DNA of 64,000 nt from the NCBI GenBank assembly GCA_045863235.1, contig BTUM01000001.1:333106-397105 (forward strand), in the 5' to 3' direction. Both the position numbers and the translations under genes were made by a program. Of the stretch, positions 20,085 through 29,699 are shown in pieces (positions within the stretch are counted from its first letter, which is position 1; each line of letters starts with the position of its first letter). The DNA comes from Candidatus Xenobia bacterium (GTDB lineage: Bacteria; Vulcanimicrobiota; Xenobia; Xenobiales; QWHO01). The notes beneath the pieces are model-generated. The model was not told the DNA's origin. It searched no databases and worked only from the letters and a program-made list of their open reading frames with translations.

Positions 20085-21320
20085 ATGCTGATTCTGGCCC
20101 AGACCCCCCATGGATTTGACGGCTGGCTGACGCCCTACCTGACGCCTTTACTGGGCGAGGTCGGGGCAGCGGCCCTGAGCATGCTGATCGTTCTGGCGGG
20201 TTGCCTGGCCTTCATCGCCCTCAACGTGATGTTCCTGGTCTGGCTCGAGCGCAAGATCAGCGCTCGCATTCAGAACCGCACCGGACCGATGATGACCGGT
20301 CCTCGCAAGTGGGCTGAAACCTCCATGTGGTTTGGTGGCTTCCTGCAGACTCCGGCCGACGCCATCAAGCTCCTCTTCAAGGAGCAGATCGTTCCCGCCA
20401 AAGCCGATCGGGTGCCCTTCTACCTGGCCCCCATGTCGATCTTCGCGGTGTGCCTTTCGGCCCACGTCGTCTTGCCTTTCGGGCCGCTCTTCTGGGTGGC
20501 AGATTTGAACGTCGGGTTGCTGTACGCGGTCGCCATCAGCTCCCTGACCGTCCTCTCCATCCTGATGGCCGGCTGGGCCTCCAACAGTAAGTACAGCCTC
20601 CTGGGCGGATTGCGGTCGGCAGCCCAGATGCTCTCCTACGAGATTCCCCTGATCTTTGCTCTGCTGGGCCCCATCCTGATGGCGGGCAGCCTCTCCATGG
20701 TGGACATCGTGCGGGCCCAGGCCGAATACGGTGTCTGGTTCATGATCCCCAGCTTTTTGGGACTGGTGATCTACTTCATTTGCGGCATCGCCGAAGTCAA
20801 CCGTCCACCCTTCGATATCCCGGAGGCCGAGTCCGAGCTCGTGGCGGGCTACGTTTCCGAGTACTCCGGCCTGATGTTCGCCATGTTCTTCCTGGCCGAG
20901 TTCGCCAACATGTTCCTGATTTCGGGCATCGCGACCACGGTCTTTCTGGGCGGCTGGCTGATTCCTGGATTTGACGCGCCCGAGCTGACCCACCCTGGCC
21001 TGACCGCCAATCCTCGTCTCTGGGTGCAGCTCCTGGGTCTGGGCGCCTTCGTCTTCAAAGCCTACATCCTCGTTCTCATCATGATGTGGATCCGTTGGAC
21101 GTTCCCGCGCCTTCGTCCCGACCACCTGATGAACTTTGGCTGGAAATTCCTGCTCCCCATCGCATTCCTCAACCTGATTGGCTGCGCCATCGCCACCCTG
21201 CTCTACGAAGTGACCGGCAACCCCCTCAGCTTCTGGGCCGCCGGGTTGTTGCTCTGCCTGACCGTCTGGAGCATCATGCGCTCCCGTCGCCAGCCTCTCC
21301 CCCAGGGGGCCAGGCCATGA
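20085..21320 (+). CDS. nuoH: NADH-quinone oxidoreductase subunit H
   Basis: WLERK..ARIQNR.GP, SAAQMLSYE, PFDIPEAESELVAGY, RWTFPRLRPD. Confidence 0.95.
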   Translation: MLILAQTPHGFDGWLTPYLTPLLGEVGAAALSMLIVLAGCLAFIALNVMFLVWLERKISARIQNRTGPMMTGPRKWAETSMWFGGFLQTPADAIKLLFKEQIVPAKADRVPFYLAPMSIFAVCLSAHVVLPFGPLFWVADLNVGLLYAVAISSLTVLSILMAGWASNSKYSLLGGLRSAAQMLSYEIPLIFALLGPILMAGSLSMVDIVRAQAEYGVWFMIPSFLGLVIYFICGIAEVNRPPFDIPEAESELVAGYVSEYSGLMFAMFFLAEFANMFLISGIATTVFLGGWLIPGFDAPELTHPGLTANPRLWVQLLGLGAFVFKAYILVLIMMWIRWTFPRLRPDHLMNFGWKFLLPIAFLNLIGCAIATLLYEVTGNPLSFWAAGLLLCLTVWSIMRSRRQPLPQGARP

Positions 21321-21820
21321 CCGATGCGGTCTTCTTTGTGCTGGCCGGAGTCATCGTTGCCTCAGCCCTGTCCATGGTCCAGGCTCGTAACCTGTTCCAC
21401 GCCGGCCTGGCGCTGATCACTTGCTTTTTAGGCGTGGCAGGCATCTACGTGCTGCTGAAGTCACCTTTCATTGCCGCCCTGCAGGTCTTGATCTACGCTG
21501 GAGCCATCGCGGTCATCCTGCTGTTTGGCTTCATGCTGACCCACCACGTGATGCACACCGACCCCCACAAACGCTTTACTCAGCAAGCCGCCGGCCTGGG
21601 CGCGGCCCTGGCCATGGCCCTGATGCTGGTGGTGATCATCGCGGTATCACCATGGCACAAGACCGGTCAGTCGGTACCGGTGGGCGACCTGGGCTCGCTG
21701 GGGCGACAGCTGCTCACCACTTACCTGCTGCCCTTCGAGCTGGCCTCGGCGTTCTTGCTGGCCGCGCTGGTGGGCGCCATCATGATCGCTCGCAAGGAAG
21801 AGGGGCCGCCTCCCGCATGA
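21317..21820 (+). CDS. nuoJ: NADH-quinone oxidoreductase subunit J
   Basis: QVLIYAGAIAV, YLLPFELAS; ATGA overlap with nuoH. Confidence 0.93.
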   Translation: MTDAVFFVLAGVIVASALSMVQARNLFHAGLALITCFLGVAGIYVLLKSPFIAALQVLIYAGAIAVILLFGFMLTHHVMHTDPHKRFTQQAAGLGAALAMALMLVVIIAVSPWHKTGQSVPVGDLGSLGRQLLTTYLLPFELASAFLLAALVGAIMIARKEEGPPPA

Positions 21821-22125
21821 CGCCCGTTGGTTTGCAGCACTACCTGATTCTGGCCGCGGTGCTGTTCAGCATCGGATTGTACGGCGCCCTGACGCGACGC
21901 AATGCCGTGGCCGTCTTGATGTCGCTGGAGCTGATGTTCAACTCGGTGAACATCAACCTGGTGGCCTTCAGCCACTTCTTGCCCGACTTCACCGGGGTGC
22001 TCTTCTCCATCTTCGTGATCACGGTCGCTGCGGCCGAGGTGACCATCGGAGTCGCCATCGTCTTGTCAGTCTACCGCAACCGCAACACCATCGACCTCGA
22101 GCAGGTCAACCAGCTGCAGGGCTGA
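21817..22125 (+). CDS. nuoK: NADH-quinone oxidoreductase subunit K
   Basis: LMSLELMFNSVNINLVAF, AAAEVTIG; ATGA overlap with nuoJ. Confidence 0.95.
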   Translation: MTPVGLQHYLILAAVLFSIGLYGALTRRNAVAVLMSLELMFNSVNINLVAFSHFLPDFTGVLFSIFVITVAAAEVTIGVAIVLSVYRNRNTIDLEQVNQLQG

Positions 22126-22609
22126 GCGCTCGCGCCGTCGATACCCCCATCAGGAATCCGATCGCCTTGTCGGTGTCGGGGTACTGGCGCACCAGCTTCC
22201 AGAAGGCCTCCGAGTGGTCGGGCACAATCAGGTGCGCCAGCTCGTGAACCAGCACGTAATCGAGCACAAACTCCGGAAAAGGCTCCAATTCGCGGGAAAT
22301 GCGAATCGACTCGGTGCAAGGGGTGCACGAGCCCCAGCGCTTGGCCTGATTGTCTACCCACTGCACCGAGAACCTTAGTTTCCCAGAGAAGTAGAGATGG
22401 TTCAGGACCCGCGCCCGCTGCATCAGGTCGTTGTCGCTCTTCACACGGCGACGCTTCTTTTCGAAATGCTTGCGCATGCGCTCGATCCACTCGAGCTCTT
22501 CCTGGCGCGTGAAACGGGCCGGCACGCGCAGAACCATGACCCCATTCTCGATCGTGGCGGAAACGGTGCGGCGGCGCTGCGCGCTACGAATGATGCGGAC
22601 TTCTTCCAT
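22106..22609 (-). CDS. YgjP/DUF45-like M48-family metallohydrolase
   Basis: IRSAQRRRTV, RWGSC, DYVLVHELAHL..PDHS..FW. Confidence 0.85.
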   Translation of the reverse strand: MEEVRIIRSAQRRRTVSATIENGVMVLRVPARFTRQEELEWIERMRKHFEKKRRRVKSDNDLMQRARVLNHLYFSGKLRFSVQWVDNQAKRWGSCTPCTESIRISRELEPFPEFVLDYVLVHELAHLIVPDHSEAFWKLVRQYPDTDKAIGFLMGVSTARALSPAAG

Positions 22610-22731
22610 ACCAGGCCTCCAGAAGGTTTGCCCTGGTGGGCGCCGAACCGGGGACGACCGGCCCTTGGCGGGTTTTCAATTCTTGAGCTCCCTTCAAGAC
22701 CCCTGCCAGACCGAACAGCGAGAACAACAGC

Positions 22732-24876
22732 TTGGGTGAACATCAGGCCATAAACTCCATCCTGGAGCTCACCGGTCAGCAGGTGACCGAGGTTGGGCTG
22801 ATCCCCCTGTTCCCACTGCTGGCCTTCGTCCTGATCACTCTGGTGACGCTGCGCTGGGGGCGGCTCTCGGCGGCCCTGTCGATCCTGGCGATCTCCTCGT
22901 CACTGGTCCTGTCGACCCGGCTTTTCCTGGGCCGACTGCACGGACCCGACCAGGTAGCTCAAGTCGACTTTTCCTGGATCGACCTGGGTTGGGCCAGTGT
23001 CGAGATGGGCCTGCTGGTGGACAACCTGTCGGCCACCATGCTGATCATGGTCTGCTTCATCGCCCTGCTGATCCAGATCTATTCCTTCAGCTACATGGAG
23101 ACCGAGATTCACCACTTCCCCACCCAGGGCTCTGCCTCGCTCTCACGCTTTTATGCCTATATGTCCCTGTTCGCGTTCTCCATGCTGGGCCTGGTGCTCT
23201 CCACCAACCTGCTTCAGATCTACGTCTTCTGGGAGCTGGTGGGGGCCTGCTCCTTCCTGCTGGTTGGTTTTTGGTACTTCAAGACCAGCGCCACCCAGGC
23301 TTCCAAGAAGGCCTTTGTCGTTACGAAATTCGCCGACCTCTTCTTTCTGATGGGCATCTTGATGCTGGGTACCAAGCTCGACACGTTCGACTTCGTGTCC
23401 ATCAATTCCAGCGTGAGCCTTTCAGCCGTCTGGCAGCAAGGCTATCTGCCCCTGGCGGCGGTGCTCATCTTCTGTGGAGCCATCGGCAAGAGCGCCCAGT
23501 TCCCGCTTCAGGTCTGGTTACCGGACGCGATGGAAGGCCCGACACCGGTGTCCGCCCTCATCCACGCAGCCACCATGGTTGCCGCTGGAGTCTACCTGGT
23601 GGCCCGTATGTTCCCAGTTTTCGACGTGGCCATCCTGGCTGGCGGGACGGTGGCAGCCATCGGCGCCCTGACGGCTCTCCTGGCGGCCACCATGGCCTGT
23701 GTGCAAAACGACGTGAAGCGGGTGCTGGCCTACTCGACCATCTCCCAGCTAGGCTTCATGATGGCCGCCCTGGGCTCGGGCGCCTACACAGCCGGAACCT
23801 TCCACCTGATCACCCACGCCTTCTTCAAAGCCCTGCTGTTCCTGGGCTCGGGTGCCGTGATCGTGGCCTGCCACAACCAGGACATGTGGACCATGGGGGG
23901 GCTGCGCAAGAAGCTCCCCATGACCAGCCTGGCCTTCGCAGCCGGTTGCCTGGCCCTGGCCGGCATTCCCCCTTTTGCGGGCTTCTGGTCCAAAGATGAG
24001 ATCCTGGCTGGCACTCACGGGGCGGTCCTGGTGGTGTTGGTGGTCGCCGCTTTCCTGACCGCGTTCTATGTCACCCGAATGTTCTGCATCACCTTTCTTG
24101 GCGAATTCCGCGGCCAGGAGCACGCCCCGGCCGATCTGGCCGGGCCCGTGCCTCCCGCTACCCTCACCCCTCCTATTGACCCTTCCTGGGAAGTCTTCAC
24201 CTTCAAACCCGACTGGACCGAGGAGCGCGCCGTGACCGCCGGCGAGGGACTTCCGCCGGCCTGCCTGGGAGCCCACATGGAGCTGCACCCGGCTGGCCAT
24301 CATGAGCCCCACGAAGTCAGCCCGATCATGTACGTGCCCCTGTTGATCCTGTCGCTCTTTGCCGCCTTCCTGGGTTTTGCCGGAATGCCCTGGGACAACC
24401 TGTTCCACCACCTGATCAACAACCCTCACGAGCCAGAGCACGCCTTCCACGCCTCTATGATGGTCTTCTCGGTCCTGGTCGCACTCGGCGGTGTGGCCGC
24501 GGCCTGGAGCTACTTCGGGCGCGACCCGGTGGCAGGAGAGCGACGCTTGCGCGCCCAGCTCGGGCGTGTCTGGGTGCTCTGGCAACAGAAGTATTACATG
24601 GACCACCTCTGGGCCTGGCTGCTTTCGGGGACCATGTACCTGGGCGCCCGCGTGGCCGCCTGGGTCGACGACAACATCGTGGATGTGGCCGTCAACACCG
24701 TCGGGCAGTTGACCGTCTGGGCCGGCAACGAGCTTCGCAAGGAGCAAAGCGGTCGCATCCAGCAGTATCTGCTGCTCATCGTGCTGGCAACGCTGGTGCT
24801 GATCGTCGGGCTCGGCCTGGTGGAGCCTGAATTCGTGCTCCACCCCTTCCCCGGACTCCCGGGAGGTGAGCCATGA
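22732..24876 (+). CDS. nuoL: NADH-quinone oxidoreductase subunit L
   Basis: FWELVG, GKSAQFPLQVWLPDAMEGPTPVSALIHAATMV, THAFFKALLFL; start (TTG) uncertain. Confidence 0.95.
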   Translation: MGEHQAINSILELTGQQVTEVGLIPLFPLLAFVLITLVTLRWGRLSAALSILAISSSLVLSTRLFLGRLHGPDQVAQVDFSWIDLGWASVEMGLLVDNLSATMLIMVCFIALLIQIYSFSYMETEIHHFPTQGSASLSRFYAYMSLFAFSMLGLVLSTNLLQIYVFWELVGACSFLLVGFWYFKTSATQASKKAFVVTKFADLFFLMGILMLGTKLDTFDFVSINSSVSLSAVWQQGYLPLAAVLIFCGAIGKSAQFPLQVWLPDAMEGPTPVSALIHAATMVAAGVYLVARMFPVFDVAILAGGTVAAIGALTALLAATMACVQNDVKRVLAYSTISQLGFMMAALGSGAYTAGTFHLITHAFFKALLFLGSGAVIVACHNQDMWTMGGLRKKLPMTSLAFAAGCLALAGIPPFAGFWSKDEILAGTHGAVLVVLVVAAFLTAFYVTRMFCITFLGEFRGQEHAPADLAGPVPPATLTPPIDPSWEVFTFKPDWTEERAVTAGEGLPPACLGAHMELHPAGHHEPHEVSPIMYVPLLILSLFAAFLGFAGMPWDNLFHHLINNPHEPEHAFHASMMVFSVLVALGGVAAAWSYFGRDPVAGERRLRAQLGRVWVLWQQKYYMDHLWAWLLSGTMYLGARVAAWVDDNIVDVAVNTVGQLTVWAGNELRKEQSGRIQQYLLLIVLATLVLIVGLGLVEPEFVLHPFPGLPGGEP

Positions 24877-26396
24877 GCGACTGGCCTGTGCTCAGCCTCA
24901 TGGTCTGGGCTCCCTTGCTGGGGGCCATCCTCATCCTGGGCAGCCCGGCCTGCTGGGTGAAGGGCATTCAACGCCTGGGGGTGGTCTTCGCGAGCCTGCC
25001 TCTGCTGCTGGCGCTGCCGATGTACGTGAACTTCTGGCAGGCTCCCGCCACAGGTTACCGCTGGGTGGAAGACGTTCTCTGGTTTGCCCCCTTGAACATC
25101 CACTACAAGCTCGGGGTGGACGGACTGTCCATGCCCATGCTGCTTTTGAGCGGAATCGTTTGCTGCACGGCCGCCTTCATCTCGCTGCAGATCGATTTCC
25201 GCCATCGAGAGTATTTCGCCCTCGCTCTCACGGCCATGACCGGCGTGCTTGGCGTTTTCGCCACCACCGATCTCTTCTTCTTGATCTTGTTCTACGAGTT
25301 GGCCTCCATCCCGATGTTTTTCCTGGTGGGCATCTGGGGCTCGGACAAGTCGGGCGACGGCAAACCGATCCACCGCCGCCAGGCGGCCATGAAGCTGCTG
25401 GTCTATCTGCAACTGGGCGGCGGGTTGGTCCTGATCGGCATACTCGGGCTCTACTTCCTGAGTGCTCAGTACTCACCCAATCAGACGTTTTCATTCGATC
25501 TCGAGGTGCTTCGCCAGATCCCACTGCCGATCGAAGCCCAGAAGATACTCTTCTTGATCTTCTTCATCGGTTTTGGCATCGAGGCCGGGCTGGTTCCCTT
25601 CCACACCTGGTTGCCGGAAGGCCACTCCTCGGCCCCCACCGCTCTGTCCATGTTGCTGGCCGGGGTGCTGCTCAAGATGGGCGGCTATGGTATCGTGCGA
25701 CTGGGCTTCGACCTGTGTCCTCAAGCGGTGGCCGACTGGATGCCCATCTTCGCCGCCGTTGCAGTGGTCAACGTGCTTTACGGAGGGCTTTGCGCTCTGC
25801 GCCAGTCCGACATCAAGGTCATGATCGCCTACAGCTCAGTGAGCCATATGGGCATGGTTTTTCTGGGCCTGGCGGCCATGACGGGTGAATCTCGCTCGGC
25901 CCTGTTCGGGCTCACGGGAGCCGTCTTCCAGATGTTCTCGCACGGCATCATCACGGCTCTTCTTTTCGCCCTGGCCGGCACGGTCTACCACATCACCCAC
26001 AGCCGCAACCTCAAGCAGTGGGGAGGGCTGGCCGCCCGCATGCCTTTCCTGGCGACCCTCTTTGCGGTGGGAGCCATGGGCTCGCTTGGTCTGCCCGGAA
26101 TGACCGGCTTTGCAGCCGAGCTGATGGTCTTCCTGGGCTCCTGGCCGGCCCGGCCGGGTCTGACGGCCCTGGCGATCTGTGGGCTGGTGATCACCACGAC
26201 CTACATGCTCCGTTCGCTGGGATACGGTTTCTTCGGACCCCTGAACCCTCGCCTGATTGGAGTGCGCGACGCCCTCTGGTGGGAGCGCCTGCCCCTGATG
26301 CTGCTGGCTCTGACCACCCTCGCTTTCGGCTTCTATCCGGTGCTGCTCACGGCTGTGACCAGCCCCACTCTGCAGGATCTGGTGAACCGTGTCTAA
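24873..26396 (+). CDS. nuoM: NADH-quinone oxidoreductase subunit M
   Basis: LGVDGLS, PFHTWLP.GH, LAGVLLKMG, AYSSVSHMG, LPGMTGF. Confidence 0.95.
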   Translation: MSDWPVLSLMVWAPLLGAILILGSPACWVKGIQRLGVVFASLPLLLALPMYVNFWQAPATGYRWVEDVLWFAPLNIHYKLGVDGLSMPMLLLSGIVCCTAAFISLQIDFRHREYFALALTAMTGVLGVFATTDLFFLILFYELASIPMFFLVGIWGSDKSGDGKPIHRRQAAMKLLVYLQLGGGLVLIGILGLYFLSAQYSPNQTFSFDLEVLRQIPLPIEAQKILFLIFFIGFGIEAGLVPFHTWLPEGHSSAPTALSMLLAGVLLKMGGYGIVRLGFDLCPQAVADWMPIFAAVAVVNVLYGGLCALRQSDIKVMIAYSSVSHMGMVFLGLAAMTGESRSALFGLTGAVFQMFSHGIITALLFALAGTVYHITHSRNLKQWGGLAARMPFLATLFAVGAMGSLGLPGMTGFAAELMVFLGSWPARPGLTALAICGLVITTTYMLRSLGYGFFGPLNPRLIGVRDALWWERLPLMLLALTTLAFGFYPVLLTAVTSPTLQDLVNRV

Positions 26397-27924
26397 CGAG
26401 CTTTTCACCCAGGTTGCCCAGCTGGTCGCGCCACTCTCGCCCGAGTTCTGTCTATTGCTGGCAGCTCTTTCGGCCCTGGTCATCGACATGGTTGACCAGC
26501 GTTCCGTGCGCCAGATTCGGATGGTGGTCTGGGTAGCCAGCCTGGCGGCAGTCTTCTGCAGCCTGGCCTTGATGGTCAGCCCTCTGCCGATCCACCTGTT
26601 CGCTCGCCAACCGGCCACAGAGCTGGGAGTGGCTCCCTCGTCCTACGTGGTGGATAGCCTGGCACTCTCTCTCAAAGCCCTGATCGGGCTGCTCACAGCC
26701 CTGGCCGTCTGGCTGTCGGAAGATTCCTTCGATGAGGAGCGCTCCAACACCGGCGAGTACTACAGCCTGATCGCCTTCGCCGGGCTGGGCATGATGGTGG
26801 CCGTCTCGGCCAACGAGTTCCTGACCTTCTTCATCGCCTTCGAGCTCTTCTCGATTCCTCTCTACGCCCTGGCCGCCATTCGCCGTTATCGTTCCGAGTC
26901 AGCCGAGGCAGGCTTGAAGTACTTCCTGGCCGGTTCGGTCTCCTCAGCCCTGATGCTGTTTGGAATCAGCTGGGTGTACGGTAGTCTCGGGACCACCTAC
27001 TTCAGCGAGTTTCCCACGCGTTTTGCGGAAGTGGCCAGCATGCCCCACGCCCTGCTCGTCGGAGTGCTCATGATCCTGGCCGGGCTGGCCTTCAAGATGG
27101 CTGCGGCCCCTTTCCACATGTGGGCCCCTGACGTCTACGAAGGTGCTCCCCCCACAGTGGTGGCTTACCTCTCCTCGGCTCCCAAGGCGGTTATCATCGG
27201 TTTCTGCCTGCGGCTCTTCTGGGCCGACCTTGACCTCGAGAGCGACCTCCTGCGAGTCAGCCTGGCCGATGGTTGGATGCTGGTGTTCGCGGTGCTCTCC
27301 TTGTTGTCGATGTGCCTGGGCAACCTGATGGCCCTGCCTCAGGTGAGCCTCAAGCGTATCCTGGCTTACTCCGGCATCGCCCAGATCGGGTACCTCCTCA
27401 TCGGCGTGACTGCGGCGGGCGGTCTGACCGGCACCATGGCGGCAGGAGCCACCCTGTTTTATCTCTGGATCTACTGCCTGACCAATCTGACCAGTTGGGC
27501 TGCCCTGGTGGCCTGTTTGCCCGCCAACAGCACGTACCAGCGCAGTGAGCTGGCCGGGCTGGCTCAACGAAATCCCTTCATCGCCTTCGTACTGCTGATC
27601 AGCTTCATGTCCCTGGCCGGGGTCCCCCCGCTGGCGGGCTTCGTCGGGAAATTCTACCTCTTCCGAGCCATCTACTCAGCGGGCATGCCCTGGTTGGTCG
27701 TGGTCGGCGTGGTGAACTCGGTCATCAGCCTCTACTACTACTTTGGAGTGCTGCGCACCGCCTACTTTGACCCCCCGGCTCCGGATAGTCCGCCTATCCG
27801 GGTCAAGCTGGGTGTGAAGGTAGTGCTGGTGATCGGCACAGCCGCCAGCTTGATACTCGGCCTCTGGCCCGGCTTCGCGCTTTGGAGCTTGGAGACGGTC
27901 CAGACGCTTTTCGTGGGACAGTAA
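26389..27924 (+). CDS. nuoN: NADH-quinone oxidoreductase subunit N
   Basis: EAGLKYF, FKMAAAPFHMWAPDVYEGAP, KRILAYS, AGVPPLAGF. Confidence 0.95.
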   Translation: MSNELFTQVAQLVAPLSPEFCLLLAALSALVIDMVDQRSVRQIRMVVWVASLAAVFCSLALMVSPLPIHLFARQPATELGVAPSSYVVDSLALSLKALIGLLTALAVWLSEDSFDEERSNTGEYYSLIAFAGLGMMVAVSANEFLTFFIAFELFSIPLYALAAIRRYRSESAEAGLKYFLAGSVSSALMLFGISWVYGSLGTTYFSEFPTRFAEVASMPHALLVGVLMILAGLAFKMAAAPFHMWAPDVYEGAPPTVVAYLSSAPKAVIIGFCLRLFWADLDLESDLLRVSLADGWMLVFAVLSLLSMCLGNLMALPQVSLKRILAYSGIAQIGYLLIGVTAAGGLTGTMAAGATLFYLWIYCLTNLTSWAALVACLPANSTYQRSELAGLAQRNPFIAFVLLISFMSLAGVPPLAGFVGKFYLFRAIYSAGMPWLVVVGVVNSVISLYYYFGVLRTAYFDPPAPDSPPIRVKLGVKVVLVIGTAASLILGLWPGFALWSLETVQTLFVGQ

Positions 27925-27925
27925 C

Positions 27926-28276
27926 GTGGAACCGGAAGTCATGATCACCAGGAGTCTCTTCAGCCGGATGAAGGAGGAGGACTGCCTGCGTCCAGGCGAC
28001 CGCGAAGCCGTCGCCTATCGCATTGCCGAGGTGATGGTCCTGGCCAAGCACCTCTACACGGAAGTGCTGCCTCGCCTGACGGGGGAATCGGAAGAGAGCC
28101 TTTTCGACGAGTTGGCCGGGCTCCGCATGGCGCTCTTGAATCTGCGGGATCTGGTCAGCGAGTATGATGAGGCCTTTCTGGAGGCCATGCACCACCAGCG
28201 CGAGGACGATGCCCCACCCGACGAGGAAGACATACTCGGGGACGAGACGCGCGAGGAGCCCCTGAACGGAGCCTGA
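27926..28276 (+). CDS. Hypothetical protein, helical with acidic C-terminus
   Basis: Starts 1 nt after the nuoN stop; codon style like its neighbours. Confidence 0.6.
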   Translation: MEPEVMITRSLFSRMKEEDCLRPGDREAVAYRIAEVMVLAKHLYTEVLPRLTGESEESLFDELAGLRMALLNLRDLVSEYDEAFLEAMHHQREDDAPPDEEDILGDETREEPLNGA

Positions 28277-28343
28277 GGCTCATTCGACCAGGTAGGCAGG
28301 AGGAGAACACCGCCGCGGGCCCCGAAGCCGCCCCGAGGGCTTG

Positions 28344-28871
28344 ATGAAACGGTTCACAACCACCGCCACCATGCTGCTGGTGACCGTCGTTCTGGGAGTA
28401 AGCGGTCTGGGATTTCTGGAGGTGGCCGACGATCCCGGCAGCGCCTTCACGTTCCTGCACATCCCCGTCATCCTGGCTGCCATTCTGGATGGGCCCCTGG
28501 CCGGGAGCCTGGTCGGCCTGGTTTTCGGGGCGGTCTGCTTGCTCCACTATGATCCAACCGATCCGGTGGTCCAGCTGTTGCCTCGCCTGCTGATCGGACC
28601 GGTGACCGCGGGCACTTTCGCGCTGGTCCGCGAGCTGCGAGCCCACTCCAGCGCTCGGAACAGTCTCGCAGCCCTCGTCGCCGTCATGGCCGGCTCCTGG
28701 ACCAATACCCTCGGAGTCTGTCTGGTGGCCATCATGCGAGGTCACAACACCCTCGAAGAGTTGGCCCCGATGGCTCTCTTGCACGGCTCGGCCGAGTGGA
28801 TCACGGCTGAAATGGTGGCCTTCCCCATTGTCGTCCTGATCTACAGTCAACGAAGAAGAAAGCGCAGGTAA
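28344..28871 (+). CDS. ECF transporter S component (probably pantothenate, PanT-like)
   Basis: TFLHIPVILAAILDGPLAGSLVGLVFG, LLPRLLIG; adjacent to coaX. Confidence 0.75.
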   Translation: MKRFTTTATMLLVTVVLGVSGLGFLEVADDPGSAFTFLHIPVILAAILDGPLAGSLVGLVFGAVCLLHYDPTDPVVQLLPRLLIGPVTAGTFALVRELRAHSSARNSLAALVAVMAGSWTNTLGVCLVAIMRGHNTLEELAPMALLHGSAEWITAEMVAFPIVVLIYSQRRRKRR

Positions 28872-28877
28872 ACTCGA

Positions 28878-29654
28878 TTGAGCCTCCTGATGGTGCTGGA
28901 CATCGGCAACACCAACCTGGTTCTGGGTCTCTACCGAGGCGAGAAACTTGCCCATAGCTACCGACTGCACACCAACCGCCAGCAGACGGCCGACGAATAC
29001 GGACTGCTGCTGAAAAGCCTGCTGGCCCAGACCGGGGCCACCCCCGACCAGGTCGAAGGGGTGGGAGTCTCCAACGTGGTGCCCGAACTGGCCACCCGCA
29101 TCGAGGAAGCCTGCCAGCGCTACCTGGGCCACCATCCCAGGTTCGTCAGTGCACGATTGGAGCTGGGCCTGACCCTGCAAGTCGATCGGCCCACCGAGGT
29201 CGGCGCCGACTTGATCGCCGGCGCGGTGGCAGCGCGGGAGCGCTGGGGTCTGCCGGTCGTGGTGGTCGACCTGGGCACGGCCACCACCCTCTCAGTCATC
29301 TCCTCCGAGGGCGCCTTCCTGGGCACGATCATCGCTCCCGGGCTGGAAATCTCGGTCGATGCGATCAGTCGCCGGGCCCCCCATCTTCCGGGCATCCGCA
29401 TGGAGCCTCCTCCCCGTCCATTCGGGACCAACACCGTACACAGCCTCCAGGCCGGGTTGGTGCTGGGTCACGTCGCCATGATCGATGGCCTGGTGGACCG
29501 CATCCGTGAGCACCTGGAACTGCCTGACCTCAAAGTGGGGGCTACCGGCGGCCTGGCCCCCCTGGTCTCGGGCCTGTCACGAACCATCAGCATGGTGGAG
29601 AGCGATCTGGTACTTGAGGGGATCCGCCTTTTGTATCGACGCAACGTTAGCTGA
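28878..29654 (+). CDS. coaX: Type III pantothenate kinase
   Basis: LDIGNTN, SNVVP, EVGAD, VDLGTATT, IAPG, ATGG. Confidence 0.95.
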   Translation: MSLLMVLDIGNTNLVLGLYRGEKLAHSYRLHTNRQQTADEYGLLLKSLLAQTGATPDQVEGVGVSNVVPELATRIEEACQRYLGHHPRFVSARLELGLTLQVDRPTEVGADLIAGAVAARERWGLPVVVVDLGTATTLSVISSEGAFLGTIIAPGLEISVDAISRRAPHLPGIRMEPPPRPFGTNTVHSLQAGLVLGHVAMIDGLVDRIREHLELPDLKVGATGGLAPLVSGLSRTISMVESDLVLEGIRLLYRRNVS

Positions 29655-29699
29655 CAAGCACAGGAGTCGCCCCACCATTCGACGAAGGCGGCGAACCCC

